DNA of 63,919 nt, filler included, from Octopus bimaculoides (Eukaryota): NCBI RefSeq assembly GCF_001194135.2. It is 6 parts of 6 records of this genome, joined end to end, with 100 filler letters (N's around TTAATTAATTAA, not from the genome) between each part and the next. Parts side by side here need not be neighbours in the genome. Positions count along the whole stretch, not along the records: positions 1 to 10,420 come from NC_069010.1; positions 10,521 to 28,740 come from NC_068988.1; 4 more parts are not named here. One strand, 5' to 3'. The first letter of the stretch is position 1. Each line of letters begins with the position of its first letter. The position numbers and the translations under genes are program-made. Positions 1 to 13,789 of this stretch are shown one piece after another. The notes below the pieces were generated by a model, which was given only the letters and a program-made list of their open reading frames with translations, did not search any database and was not told the DNA's origin.

Positions 1-43
<43 letters not shown>

Positions 44-1472
44 ATATATTTAAATGCCCTAGTTAAACTAATTGTACTTAAGTATGGAGAACTGCAGTAA
101 ACATACACACGCATATACATATGCACACATATATTTCAATATTTATAGCTAAAATAGACTATCTACAGATATAGATATTATATTTATGTATGGTTTACAT
201 ATATATATTGACAACCGATGCTGGTGCGTTTAAGTCCCCGTAAATAAGCAGTTGGGCAAAAGAGACTGATAGAATAAGTACCAGACTTACAAAGAATCAG
301 TCCTAGGCTCGATTTGCTCAACTAAAGGTGCTGACCAAACACCATTCAATTTTTTTTCTCCGTGTTTTTCTCCTTGTTTTTCTCCTTATTCTTTCTGTTG
401 AAGAGCATAACTCGAAACGTTAAAGACTTTCTCTATTCCCGAGCGTCAAACTAATACATCCTTTTGTTGTTTTTTTTCGTACATTCTCCCATATATATAT
501 ATGTATATACATATATGTATGTATATACATATATGTATGTATATACATATATGTATGTATATACATACCAATACATATCTATATCTATCTATCTATCTAT
601 ATATATATATATATATATATTACAACAAAATTTTATATTGAGTTACCCAAGGTTTCACACCCACAAAGCCAAAGTCTTGTGGACAGCACATCAGACTCTC
701 GCTGAATACAAAATTTTAAAATATCTATGTTGCAGATGTGAGGAAATGCTCAGAACTTGAGGAATATGAAGAAATGTCAATGAGGACCGGTTATTTCCCC
801 TTAATCAGTGGGGAAAATCCTTTATAGACTTGGTGAGGCTTAACAAGCAAATGGGGGGGATCTAATTTTCTGGTTAGTAGTGTTTGAAGTGGATACATTT
901 AGAAAACACTTCTTGACGGTTGTTTAATCTGCCAAAATTCTTATTGTCCTAAAGAATTTTGCAGATCTTGCAATGGCCACTTTCATTAACATAAAGGCCT
1001 AGATAAGCAATTACTTTCCACCTGATATCACACGGGGTCCCTTGACCTTTGAAGTGTCACACATGGTGGGCCAGGGACATGACAAACCATCCTTCTGGAA
1101 CTCTGAAAGATGACTGGTGGTTAGGAAAACGTTTCTTGAATGGACTACTCGCCAAACCAATGTTGTCTTGGTGTGTGCCAGGCACAGTGCTAATAAAACT
1201 GTTAAGCTGATGAAACTTTCAAAAGCAACAGTTTATCGTGTGTATAAACAATTTAAAGAAAAGAGAAAGATTAATAGAAAAGAACACAAGACTCGAAGAG
1301 ATTCCAAGTACAATCCAAAGTTTCTCACTGGCCTCAAATGCTTGATCGAAGCCAACCCATCCATGACAACTCTTGCAAAGAAACACAATGTGTCCCTTTC
1401 CACAGTGTCCAGAGCTGTGAACAGGAACTTTGGCATGACTAGCTATGTTTGATGAGGCCATCACCTCTTAAC

Positions 1473-1989
1473 TTTCTTTCTTGCCTTTAACCCTCCAACG
1501 CGGAGTATAGGCCACTTATAATTGAATTCCATGTCGCATAATTTCTCGCTTCTGTACTTATACTCTGCCATGAATGTCCCCCTTTCTCTAGTTCCTTTTG
1601 TGTTGATCTACGCCACGAGTTCTTAGGCCTACCCCTCTTTCTATATCCATCTGGATTCCACTGTAAAGCACCTTTCATCCTTTCTAATTGTGCTATCAAT
1701 CCACTTCCACTTTTTCTTAAATATTTGCTCCCTAATCAAAACTTGATTCGTTCTTTGCCATAGCTCCATATTGCTTATGTGTTCGGGCCATCTGATTTTA
1801 AGTATACTACGCAAGCACCTGCTGATGAATGATTGTATTTGCTTATTTGACTTAACTGTTGTTCTCCTCGTCGTGAGAGATGGAAACAGGTAAAGCTGGC
1901 CAATGGGGCTATGGTGAAGTTGAATGTGCTAATCACCCGTGCAATGGATTTTCCAATTGATTACGAAAACACTGATTGTTGACAAATCC
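1473..1989 (-). mobile_element. 5'-truncated RTE-clade LINE 3' end nested in the transposase
   Basis: Minus strand encodes SRCLRSILKIRWPEHISNMELWQRTNQ...KWKWI...ALQWNPDGYRKRGRPKNSWRR, a typical RTE C-terminus. Flanked by cctcttaac (1464-1472) and cctcttcac (1990-1998); excision restores the transposase frame HHLLTAKAKEI. Confidence 0.85.
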
Positions 1990-2527
1990 CCTCTTCACAG
2001 CCAAGGCCAAAGAAATCAGAGCCGAGAGATGCCCAAAGCTTCTGTCGTTCATCAAGCATAAAGACGCAGGAAAAACTCTCGTATTTGTGGATGAGAAGAA
2101 GTTCACTGTGGATGCTGAGGTGGATCGCAGAAATTCTCGAGTGATTGCATACAACCCTGCTGACGTTCCCACTGTGTTTGAAACTAAGAATCCTGCTTCT
2201 GTGATGGTATTTGGAACCATGGCAAGTAATGGAAGTGTCATGATCTACTCTCCATTGAGTGGTATCTAGACATCCTAAAGAACTTTCTGTTAACTTCTGA
2301 TGGTGCAGAAGTTTGGGCTTGACAAATGTGGTGCTTATTCAGGATTCTGCACGATGCCATGGGTCAAAAGCAACACAGGCCTTCCTTGGTGAGAAGGTGC
2401 CATTTTTTTGTGTGGGACAACAATCAGGCCCAGTAGTAGCTCAGATCTCAACCATCTCGATTACTTTTTTGTGGGGCATACTTCAAGCAAAGATCAATGC
2501 TTCACCACACTTGAGTGTCAACAGTTT

Positions 2528-2788
2528 TGTGGTGTTACATGTGGTGTTGGTGGAGAGGGATCACAGATGAAGCAAACAGAAGTGAAGACCGGAAGGGCCG
2601 GCGGAAGTCGGCCACACACGGATGCGTGGACAGCGAGCACGTGTGGGCAGTTCGAAGAGAGACAGCGTACGTAGAAGACGTGGTTTGATCTGGAGCGATC
2701 GTTTATCCCGCCACGGTCGACAAGGTAAAGTCGCTGTATTTCTTTCTCCCTTTTGCTTCTTGTTGTCTTTTTCCTCCATCACACCACA
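2528..2788. mobile_element. Solo-LTR-like insert (261 bp) nested in the transposase
   Basis: TG...CA ends with 8-bp inverted termini (tgtggtgt / acaccaca) and a perfect 5-bp TSD AGTTT (2523-2527, 2789-2793). Excision restores VNSLKTC in frame. Confidence 0.75.
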
Positions 2789-3817
2789 AGTTTGAAGACC
2801 TGCATCGTGCATACAACAGGCAAAATCAAAAAGGCAGAGGTGGTGGAAGCTGCAAAAAGATTTCATTCTCTTGTGGAGACAGTAATCGCCCAAAAGGATA
2901 ATAAATGAGTAATAAATGTTTTTGTCCTAATAAATGTTACATTAAAAATTATATCTGTCCACTGCCATTGTTTTATGTCTGTCCACTACCATTATAACCA
3001 GTTTTATGCATTGTAAAAATGTCTCAATTGATCTGCAAGACCCTGTATATACCTACAGACATACATTTTCCTTATTCTCCTTCCCTGTCTATCTGATTGC
3101 ATACATGGAGATGAAACAAACATACATGACACATGCATACAAACATAGCTGCATGCATACACACACACACACATATATAGAGAGAGATGCTCTTTATTTC
3201 TTGACAGAGAACACATCAATCTCTTAATGTATCCATCTTTCTATTTAGGATGCAAGATGGTGATGGCAGTCGTGACGACGACGACGATGATGATGATGAT
3301 GGTGATGGAGGTGAGGAAGATAGTGGCGAGGTGGTTTTTGTATTTTTTTTTTTTATATATTTGTTCTCTTTAATTGATTAATTGGAGGGACAGAACCCAC
3401 AACATATTGGTAGGGGAGAAATAAAGGAAAGAAGTGATTGTGACTTGTCAATGTTGATGGCAGTGGTGGTGGTTATGATGATGATGATGATGACAATGAC
3501 AATGTTAATGATGACGATTAGGACTGGAAACAAACACACGAACAACAACAACAACAACAACATCAGTTTTAAATTTTGGCACAACACCAGCAATTTCGGG
3601 GGAGGGGGTAAGTCGATCACGTCAGCCCCAGTACTCAACTGGTACTTGCTTTATCGACCCTGGAAGGATAAAAGGCAAAATCAACCTTGGTGGGATTTGA
3701 ACTCACAACGTAAAGACAGATGAAACGCCACTAAGCATTTTGCCTGGCATGCTAACAATTCTGCCAGCTCACTGCCTTAATAATAATAGTAATAATAATT
3801 GTAATAATAATAATAAT

Positions 3818-3856
<39 letters not shown>

Positions 3857-4308
3857 TCTTTCTACTATAGGCACAAGGACTGTATTTTGGAGGAGTGGGC
3901 AAGTCAATTACATTGACCCTAGTGTTTCACTGGTATTTATTTTTATCGACTCTGAAAGGATGAAAAGCAATGTTGACCGCTGCAGAATTTAAACTCAGAA
4001 CATAAAGACAGATAAAATGCCGCTAAGCATTTTTCCCATCTTGCTAACGTTTCTTATTTCTTTACTGCCCACAAGGGACTAAACATAGAGGGGACAAACA
4101 AGGACGGACAAATGGATTAAGTCGATTACATCGACCCCGGTGCGTAACTGGTACTTAATTTATCGACCCCGAAAAGATGAAAGGCAAAGTCGACCTCAGC
4201 GGAATTTGAACTCAGAATGTAACAGCAGATGGAATACCGCTAAGCATTTTGCCCGGCGTGCTAACGTTTCTGCCAGCTCACCGCCTTTGGTTTCAGATTT
4301 GGGGGGTG

Positions 4309-4693
4309 GTTGTTGGCACTCCGTCACTTACGACGTCGAGGGTTCCAGTTGATCCGATCAACGGAGCAGCCTGCTCGTGAAATTAACATGCAAGTGGCTG
4401 AGCACTCCACAGACACGTGTACCCTTAACGTAGTTCTCAGGGAGATTCAGCGTGACACAGAGTGTGACAAGGATGACCCTTTGAATTACAGGCACAACAG
4501 AAACAGGAAGTAAGAGTGAGAGAAAGTTGTGGTGAAAGAGTACAGCAGGGTTCGCCACCATCCCCTGCCGGAGCTTCGTGGAGCTTTAGGTGTTTTCACT
4601 CAATAAACACTCACAACGCCCGGTCTGGGAATCGAAACCGCGATCCTATGACCGCGAGTCTGCTGCTCTAACCACTGGGCCATTGCGCCTCCA
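4309..4693 (-). mobile_element. tRNA-derived SINE family B, full length
   Basis: Reverse complement starts ggaggcgcaatggcccagtggttag...ggtttcgattccc (A/B boxes) and ends gagtgccaacaac; it matches 6751-7102 and 25932-26313. Confidence 0.9.
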
Positions 4694-5586
4694 CTGGGGG
4701 TGTGGTAAATTGATTACATCAACTCCAGTGTGTAACTGGTACTTATTTTATTGAACCTGAAATGACGAAGGGCAAAGTCAACCTCGGCAGAATTTGAACT
4801 CAGACTTTGAAGACCGATGAAATACTGCTATGCATTTTGCCTGGCGTGTTACCTATTCGGCCAGCACACCACCATAGTAACAACAACAATGATAATCCTT
4901 TCTACTGGAAACACAAGGCCTCAAATTTGGGGGAAGGGATTAAGTCGATTACTGGTGAAGGCCAGTTTACAGGGTTACCCAGGGACCATACTGAACTACA
5001 GAACAGAGATTTTCGGGCCATGGCTGCATTGAAGGAGATTCTTGTTAGCATTTTGGGAACGGCATAATAGCAATAATGGCAGTATTAGCAAAAATTACAC
5101 CACACCTGGGAATTGATTGCTGATGAGAGTGGGAGATAACTGCCTACCATTTACCCTCATAGATGACAGGTGGTGGAGCTGAAGGAGGATATGCGACCCC
5201 AGTGCATAACTGGTTCTTATTTAATCGACCCCGAAAGGATGAAAAGCAAAGTCGACCCTGGCGGAATTCGAACTCCGAACATAGCAACAGATGAAATACC
5301 ACTAAGCATTTCTTTTCTTCTGTAGGCACGAGACCCGAAATTTTCAGAGAGGGGAGGGGGGGCAGTCGATTGGATCGATCCCAGTACACAACTGGTACTT
5401 GATTTATCGACCCCCTAAAGGATAAAAGGCAAAGTGGGCCTCGGCGGAAATTGAACTCAGAATGTAAAGACAGACGAAATATCGCTAAGCATTTTTTCAT
5501 CAGGCATGCTAACGATTCTGCCTTAACAATAATAATAATTATAGTACCAACAACAACTACAAGAACATAACAAACAAGATCTTTTA

Positions 5587-5961
<375 letters not shown>

Positions 5962-6102
5962 CTAAGTTGGCCTTAGTGGAATCTGAACTCAGAATGTAGA
6001 CAGATGAAATGCTACATAGCATTTCATCCAACTCACTAACGATTCTGCCGGCTCACTGCCCAAGAAACAGAAATATAGGAATGTTCGTTTTTATGTTCAG
6101 TG

Positions 6103-6412
6103 TAGGAGTGGCTGTGTGGTAAGTAGCTTGCTTACCAACCACATGGTTCCGGGTTCAGTCCCACTGCGTGGCACCTTGGGCAAGTGTCTTCTACTGTAGC
6201 CTCGGGCCGACCAAAGCCTTGTGAGTGGATTTGGTAGACGGAAACTGAAAGAAGCCTGTCGTATATATCTATATATGTATGTGTGTGTATATGTTTGTGT
6301 GTCTGTGTCTGTCCCCCAACATCGCTTGACAACCGATGGTGGTGTGTTTACATCCCTGTAACTTAGCAGTTTGGCAAAAGAGACCAATAGAATAAGTACT
6401 AGGCTTACAAAG
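6103..6412 (+). mobile_element. tRNA-derived SINE family A with internal microsatellite
   Basis: gtggctgtgtggtaag (A box) ... ggttcagtccc (B box) ... gaagcctgtcg(TA/TG)n ... catcgcttgacaaccg ... gaataagtactagg. Confidence 0.9.
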
Positions 6413-6750
6413 NNNNNNNNNNNNNNNNNNNNNNNNNNNNNNNNNNNNNNNNNNNNNNNNNNNNNNNNNNNNNNNNNNNNNNNNNNNNNNNNNNNNNNNN
6501 NNNNNNNNNNNNNNNNNNNNNNNNNNNNNNNNNNNNNNNNNNNNNNNNNNNNNNNNNNNNNNNNNNNNNNNNNNNNNNNNNNNNNNNNNNNNNNNNNNNN
6601 NNNNNNNNNNNNNNNNNNNNNNNNNNNNNNNNNNNNNNNNNNNNNNNNNNNNNNNNNNNNNNNNNNNNNNNNNNNNNNNNNNNNNNNNNNNNNNNNNNNN
6701 NNNNNNNNNNNNNNNNNNNNNNNNNNNNNNNNNNNNNNNNNNNNNNNNNN

Positions 6751-7102
6751 AGGGCAGCGGACTCGCGGTTTTGATTCCCAGACCGGGCGTTGTGAGTGTT
6801 TATTGAGCGAAAAACACCTAAAGCTCCGCAAGGCTCCGGCAGGGGATGGTGGCGAACCCTGCTGTACTTTTCCACCACAACTTTCTCTCACTCTTACTTC
6901 CTGTTTCTGTTGTGCCTGTAATTCAACAGGGTCAGCCTTGTCACACTCTGTGTCATGCTGAATATCCCCCGAGAACTACGTTAAGGGTACACGTGTCTGT
7001 GGAGTGCTCAGCCACTTGCACGTTAATTTCACGAGCAGGCTGTTCCGTTGATCGGATCAACTGGAACCCTCGACATCGTAAGCGACAGATTGCCAATAAC
7101 AA
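6751..7102 (+). mobile_element. SINE family B copy (5' end in gap)
   Basis: Near-identical to 25932-26313 and inverted relative to 4309-4693. Confidence 0.9.
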
Positions 7103-7654
7103 CTTGTATGTTAGTTAACTCTTCTCTGTGCATTCTCGATGCTGTTATAAAAAAAGATATGTATATGTTTAAAATATATATGTGTGTGTGTTAAGGAAAA
7201 GGAGGATTGGTTTAAAAACTTTTTACTTGACACTTACATCTCTTTGAGGAATTCATCATGAATATATATATATACATACATCCCTACATACATATATATA
7301 TATATATATATTTGAAATTTAGATTTTTGGATTTTACTGTGGTCCATTATGCCTTCTTCTAATTCAAACTTTTAGTATAGTGTTCTTAGCCTCTCTCCCT
7401 TAATAGCTCCCTGTAATCCAGTGTTCTTTTTTCTAACGGTCATTTACTTACCTATATAATGTTATAACTCGTACGCAACCTTAGCATTAAGCGCAAGTCT
7501 TGCTCTTGTATGTTGGTTTCCTGACGATGAATTTATGTGCAATTCCAGCATCTCTTACTTCTTTGGAGTAGAGTGCACATATATTTTGAAACATATGTAG
7601 GAATTAAAGGAACTTATTGATTATATGCGTTTTGCTCCATTTCTTATTATTCTT

Positions 7655-7707
<53 letters not shown>

Positions 7708-8596
7708 AAAAATAAATACAAAAAAAGGGGGTTTTGTATGATNNNNNNNNNNNNNNNNNNNNNNNNNNNNNNNNNNNNNNNNNNNNNNNNNNNNNNNNNN
7801 NNNNNNNNNNNNNNNNNNNNNNNNNNNNNNNNNNNNNNNNNNNNNNNNNNNNNNNNNNNNNNNNNNNNNNNNNNNNNNNNNNNNNNNNNNNNNNNNNNNN
7901 NNNNNNNNNNNNNNNNNNNNNNNNNNNNNNNNNNNNNNNNNNNNNNNNNNNNNNNNNNNNNNNNNNNNNNNNNNNNNNNNNNNNNNNNNNNNNNNNNNNN
8001 NNNNNNNNNNNNNNNNNNNNNNNNNNNNNNNNNNNNNNNNNNNNNNNNNNNNNNNNNNNNNNNNNNNNNNNNNNNNNNNNNNNNNNNNNNNNNNNNNNNN
8101 NNNNNNNNNNNNNNNNNNNNNNNNNNNNNNNNNNNNNNNNNNNNNNNNNNNNNNNNNNNNNNNNNNNNNNNNNNNNNNNNNNNNNNNNNNNNNNNNNNNN
8201 NNNNNNNNNNNNNNNNNNNNNNNNNNNNNNNNNNNNNNNNNNNNNNNNNNNNNNNNNNNNNNNNNNNNNNNNNNNNNNNNNNNNNNNNNNNNNNNNNNNN
8301 NNNNNNNNNNNNNNNNNNNNNNNNNNNNNNNNNNNNNNNNNNNNNNNNNNNNNNNNNNNNNNNNNNNNNNNNNNNNNNNNNNNNNNNNNNNNNNNNNNNN
8401 NNNNNNNNNNNNNNNNNNNNNNNNNNNNNNNNNNNNNNNNNNNNNNNNNNNNNNNNNNNNNNNNNNNNNNNNNNNNNNNNNNNNNNNNNNNNNNNATATA
8501 TATATATATATATATATATATAGGGAAACCTAAAGCAACTCAAAAGCACTAAATATAAGATCCCTGGGACACACAGAATTTCAAAATCCACGAACA

Positions 8597-8640
<44 letters not shown>

Positions 8641-9317
8641 ACAAGCACCCATATATATATGAATATAAATAATACACACTCACACTCACACACACATACA
8701 AATAAACACAGGCACACATACATATATATGAATATGAATAAACACATACATGTATATGTACATATGCATCCATACACGCACAATGTGGTCTTGTCATTTT
8801 GTCATTTTACAGAAAATCTTGCTCGATGCGATATTCCAGGCGACAAGAAAAGTTAATTAAGTATGCAGCTGACATTAGCCAGTTTTAATTAACTGGTAAT
8901 CAATAACTACTCTCTCTCTCTCTCTCTCTCTCTCTTAATCTTTTTGGCTGTGTTTTTTTTTTATGCAGTCAATCGTGGTTTTTTCTTAATTCTTTATTCA
9001 TTTTTTGTTGCTTATTTAATTTAAATTTTTTTTTTAATCTTCATCAATCATTATTCATTTTCATCAGTTTCATTATTAACAATCACTGCTGCCAAATGAA
9101 GTGAATGATATACATTCCTTTATATATACATATGTAGAACTAAATACACTTACAATTGCACATGCATACACACATACATACAAAGCCTATATGTGTGTGT
9201 GTGAGTGTCTCTTATATATACATACATGGATGTATGTATGTATGTATGTATGTATGTATGTACATATGTATATATAAATATATATATATGATGTGTGTGT
9301 ATGTATGTATATACTGT

Positions 9318-9520
9318 TTTACTCTTTTACTTGTTTCAGTCATTTGACTGTGGCCATGCTGGAGCACCTTTAGTCGAGCAAATCAACCCCAGGACTTATT
9401 CTTTGTAAGCCTAGTACTTATTCTATCAGTTTTTTTTTTGCCGAACCGCTAAGTTACAGGGACGCAAGCACACCATCATCAGTTGTCAAGCGATGTTAGG
9501 GGACAAACAAAGACACACAA

Positions 9521-9561
<41 letters not shown>

Positions 9562-9724
9562 CATATATACGACGGGCTTCTTTCAGTTTCCGTCTACCAA
9601 ATCCACTCACAAGGCTTTGGACTGCCCAAGGCTATAGTAGAAGACACTTGCCCAAGGTGCCACGCAGTGGGACTGAACCCGGAACCATGTGGTCCATTTG
9701 CAAGTTACTTACAACACAGCCGCT
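9318..9724 (-). mobile_element. SINE family A copy, inverted relative to 6103-6412
   Basis: Reverse complement of the family A head, internal (CA)n(TA)n and 3' end. Confidence 0.9.
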
Positions 9725-10238
9725 CTATATTTCTAATCAAGTATAGAACTCAATACACGTATGCTTCAGAACAAATTGTTAAAAACATGTAGAGGGTGTA
9801 ACAAAAATAAAATGACAAAGCAATAGACAATTATCTTATGATCTTCATTAGCTTACAGCTGTTTCTGCTGTAGGATGCCATGGACTCATAGTTGAGTGCT
9901 TGAGAAACACTTTGTAGCTACATAGGAGCCTTGAATATGATTTGGAATTTATTTGGGAAAATGCATTAACAATGAGTAAGCCAATGATGCTGACTATAAA
10001 GATGTGTATATCAAGATTTAGATAAATGATGATTAAATCTGATAGTAAAAATCGTCATCATCATCATCATCATCATCGTTTAACGTCATTTTTCCTTGCT
10101 GGCATGGGTTGGACAGTTCGACTGGGGTCTGAGAAACCAGGAGGCTGCACCAGGCCCCAATCTAATCTGGAAGTGTTTCTACAGCTGAATGCCCTTCCTA
10201 ATGCCAATCACTCCAGGAGTTAAGTGGGTACATATAAC

Positions 10239-10299
<61 letters not shown>

Positions 10300-10520
10300 A
10301 TGTTAAATGATAATGATCATTTACACACACATACATACACACACACCAGCACAGCAGAAGAATCACAGAACACACACACTTGTGTATACATGTGTATGTG
10401 TATATATATATATCATCATCNNNNNNNNNNNNNNNNNNNNNNNNNNNNNNNNNNNNNNNNNNNNTTAATTAATTAANNNNNNNNNNNNNNNNNNNNNNNN
10501 NNNNNNNNNNNNNNNNNNNN

Positions 10521-10579
<59 letters not shown>

Positions 10580-11102
10580 CGTGTACATGCATGTGCACCA
10601 CAATTATAGACTAGCTCAGTAGTATGAAATATGTGTCAGTATAGTAACAGAAGTATAACAACACAGCCAATGCAGGACAATGCAGTGAAACCCACAGCTG
10701 TCAGTGATGAGGGATGTACATCCATTGTATTCAGGGTCTCTGTAGGAACTGGTCTTTGGTGTTGTAGAAGGTACACTATTCAGAAATGGGTATGTAAGAC
10801 CTTATCCCTCAGAACAAAGCTTGGGCTATTGTTTTCATGAAAAGTTTAGGAGTCGACTTATGGAGTTTACAATGTGCCATAATGTGTGCATATGTGTGTG
10901 TGAATATTTATTAGTTTCAGTATGTGTGTAAAGGTGTGTATATATGGTGTGTATGTGTAAAGCTGAATGACTATAGAAGAAGACACATATCTAAAGTTCT
11001 ACTCAGTGGAACTGAACCCAAAACCATGTGGTTGGGAAGTTAACTTCTTACCACACAGCCACGCCAGTGCTTTCAGTCAAATAAACAAACACACACAAGT
11101 AC

Positions 11103-11137
<35 letters not shown>

Positions 11138-11739
11138 ACCACACAAACACACACACACACTCACACACACATACACACAGACACACATGTGAATGCGCAT
11201 GACTGTATGCCATATGCAAATATACATGTGTGTGTGTGTGTGTGTGTGTAAAGTATATATGTGTGTATATAATGTGTAAAATATATATGTAAGAATATAA
11301 TGGCACACACAAACATGGACGTCTGCATATATGTGTATAGGAATGTGCATGAAAGTATGTCTGTAAATAAATGCTTATATGCTAAGATGTAAATGTTTGC
11401 ACAGATGTGATTAATGTTTCAAATTTTATTCAATAAAACTACTTATATATATATATATATATAGATAGATATATATATATATATATATATACTGGTTGTC
11501 TCACCGAAACCAACTAGTAACAGTGCCTTTTGGCTTTTGGACTATTAACCTACCTCTATCCACCATACATATCACAGTTTATAATGATATTGAACTGATA
11601 TTGAAGTGATCAGTTGATTCAATGTTATTTGAGCATATATGTGTTGATTTGTATTTATGAATGCCTGATTTCATGTAACTATGGACATGTTTGAAAGAGT
11701 GCATATATATGTGTGTGTGTGTGTGTGTGTATACATACA

Positions 11740-11775
<36 letters not shown>

Positions 11776-12819
11776 CAAAATAGCTAGGTATAAAATATCA
11801 AGAAGAGATAGAGTAGTCACGTATACTCGCTTTACTGCCTATATATANNNNNNNNNNNNNNNNNNNNNNNNNNNNNNNNNNNNNNNNNNNNNNNNNNNNN
11901 NNNNNNNNNNNNNNNNNNNNNNNNNNNNNNNNNNNNNNNNNNNNNNNNNNNNNNNNNNNNNNNNNNNNNNNNNNNNNNNNNNNNNNNNNNNNNNNNNNNN
12001 NNNNNNNNNNNNNNNNNNNNNNNNNNNNNNNNNNNNNNNNNNNNNNNNNNNNNNNNNNNNNNNNNNNNNNNNNNNNNNNNNNNNNNNNNNNNNNNNNNNN
12101 NNNNNNNNNNNNNNNNNNNNNNNNNNNNNNNNNNNNNNNNNNNNNNNNNNNNNNNNNNNNNNNNNNNNNNNNNNNNNNNNNNNNNNNNNNNNNNNNNNNN
12201 NNNNNNNNNNNNNNNNNNNNNNNNNNNNNNNNNNNNNNNNNNNNNNNNNNNNNNNNNNNNNNNNNNNNNNNNNNNNNNNNNNNNNNNNNNNNNNNNNNNN
12301 NNNNNNNNNNNNNNNNNNNNNNNNNNNNNNNNNNNNNNNNNNNNNNNNNNNNNNNNNNNNNNNNNNNNNNNNNNNNNNNNNNNNNNNNNNNNNNNNNNNN
12401 NNNNNNNNNNNNNNNNNNNNNNNNNNNNNNNNNNNNNNNNNNNNNNNNNNNNNNNNNNNNNNNNNNNNNNNNNNNNNNNNNNNNNNNNNNNNNNNNNNNN
12501 NNNNNNNNNNNNNNNNNNNNNNNNNNNNNNNNNNNNNNNNNNNNNNNNNNNNNNNNNNNNNNNNNNNNNNNNNNNNNNNNNNNNNNNNNNNNNNNNNNNN
12601 NNNNNNNNNNNNNNNNNNNNNNNNNNNNNNNNNNNNNNNNNNNNNNNNNNNNNNNNNNNNNNNNNNNNNNNNNNNNNNNNNNNNNNNNNNNNNNNNNNNN
12701 NNNNNNNNNNNNNNNNNNNNNNNNNNNNNNNNNNNNNNNNNNNNNNNNNNNNNNNNNNNNNNNNNNNNNNNNNNNNNNNNNNNNNNNNNNNNNNNNNNNN
12801 NNNNNNNNNNNNNNNNNNN

Positions 12820-12864
<45 letters not shown>

Positions 12865-13339
12865 GTATGTATATATCACCATCATTTTAACATCACCATT
12901 TTCATGCTCGCATGGAGTTTATTGAGGCAGATTTTCTGTGGCTAGATGCCCTTCCTATTGCCAACATGTTTTTCCGTGGCCAGATATATTTTCCCAGAAT
13001 ACTGGAAAACATATTAGAATAACACTAATTTACAACAATCATATGATGCCAAGACAAATGAACACAGACATACACACACTTGCACACATATATACATACA
13101 CACACATCTATGACAGGCTTCTTCCATTTTCCATCAACCAAATCTAGTCATATGGCTTTGCTTGGCCTGTGGCTTTAGTTGAAGGCACTCATCCAAGTTG
13201 CCACACAGTGGAAATGAACCTGAAACTATGTTGTTGAGGAGAAAACTTCTTAGCCTCACAACCACACTAGGATGGTTACTTGTATGGGGACCTGGACCCT
13301 GCAGAGTTATCAGTAATGCAGTATAAGATGCATTTGGGG

Positions 13340-13652
13340 CTTGTGATACATACATACATACATATATACATACATGCATGCATGCATGCATGCATGCATG
13401 CATGCATACATACATACATACACACACACATACATACATACATACATACATACATACATACATGCATGCATGCATGCATACATACATACACACACAAACA
13501 CACAAACATGCATGCCCACATGCACACATACATACATTCATACATACACAAACACACACACTCAAGCACACACACATGCATGCATACCCACATGCACACA
13601 TACATATATACATACATACATGCATACATACATACATACATACATACATACA

Positions 13653-13686
<34 letters not shown>

Positions 13687-13697
13687 CATACATACAT
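13340..13697. repeat. Compound (TACA)n/(TGCA)n/(CA)n microsatellite
   Basis: Directly visible; it generates several spurious ORFs. Confidence 0.95.
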
Positions 13698-13789
13698 AAA
13701 AGGCAAATGACCTCATTACCCAATTTTCTGAAATTGGAATGAAATTTGGTGAATCCAAACGTGCATTTTTGACAATAAAACATGGAAAA

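Larger units (their letters stand above)
1117..3045 (+). mobile_element. Decayed Tc1/mariner transposon, maT/DD37D-like, split by two insertions
   Basis: HTH region (LSKATVYRV...NVSLSTVSRAV) 1117-1452; VFVDEKKF at about 2085-2105; QDSARCH at about 2340; SDLNHLDY at about 2440-2465 with D-D spacing about 37 after frameshift repair; C-terminus LKTCIV...KRFHSLVETVIAQKDNK* at about 2792-2908. Right TIR-like end ...gatctgcaagaccctg|TA at 3045-3047. Left TIR not recognised. Confidence 0.88.

Noticed and set aside
4950-5165. Unique sequence as the possible next transporter exon (GAFLIPY...)
   Set aside because: No frame on the minus strand matches SLC6 TM2, so the next exon must lie beyond the left edge.
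6103-6200. tRNA genes
   Set aside because: The A/B-box sequences are SINE heads without a complete cloverleaf and continue into SINE bodies.
7518-7556. CTGACGA-t-gaatt...aattc hammerhead-like start
   Set aside because: GAAA is replaced by CAGC and there is no stem I or III. Similar incomplete matches at about 32150-32180, 39755-39800 and 50435-50475 were also not counted.
10465-10476. TTAATTAATTAA embedded in 100-bp N blocks (also 28786, 39322, 49966, 56990)
   Set aside because: Assembly padding with stops in all six frames, identical at every such gap; not biological.
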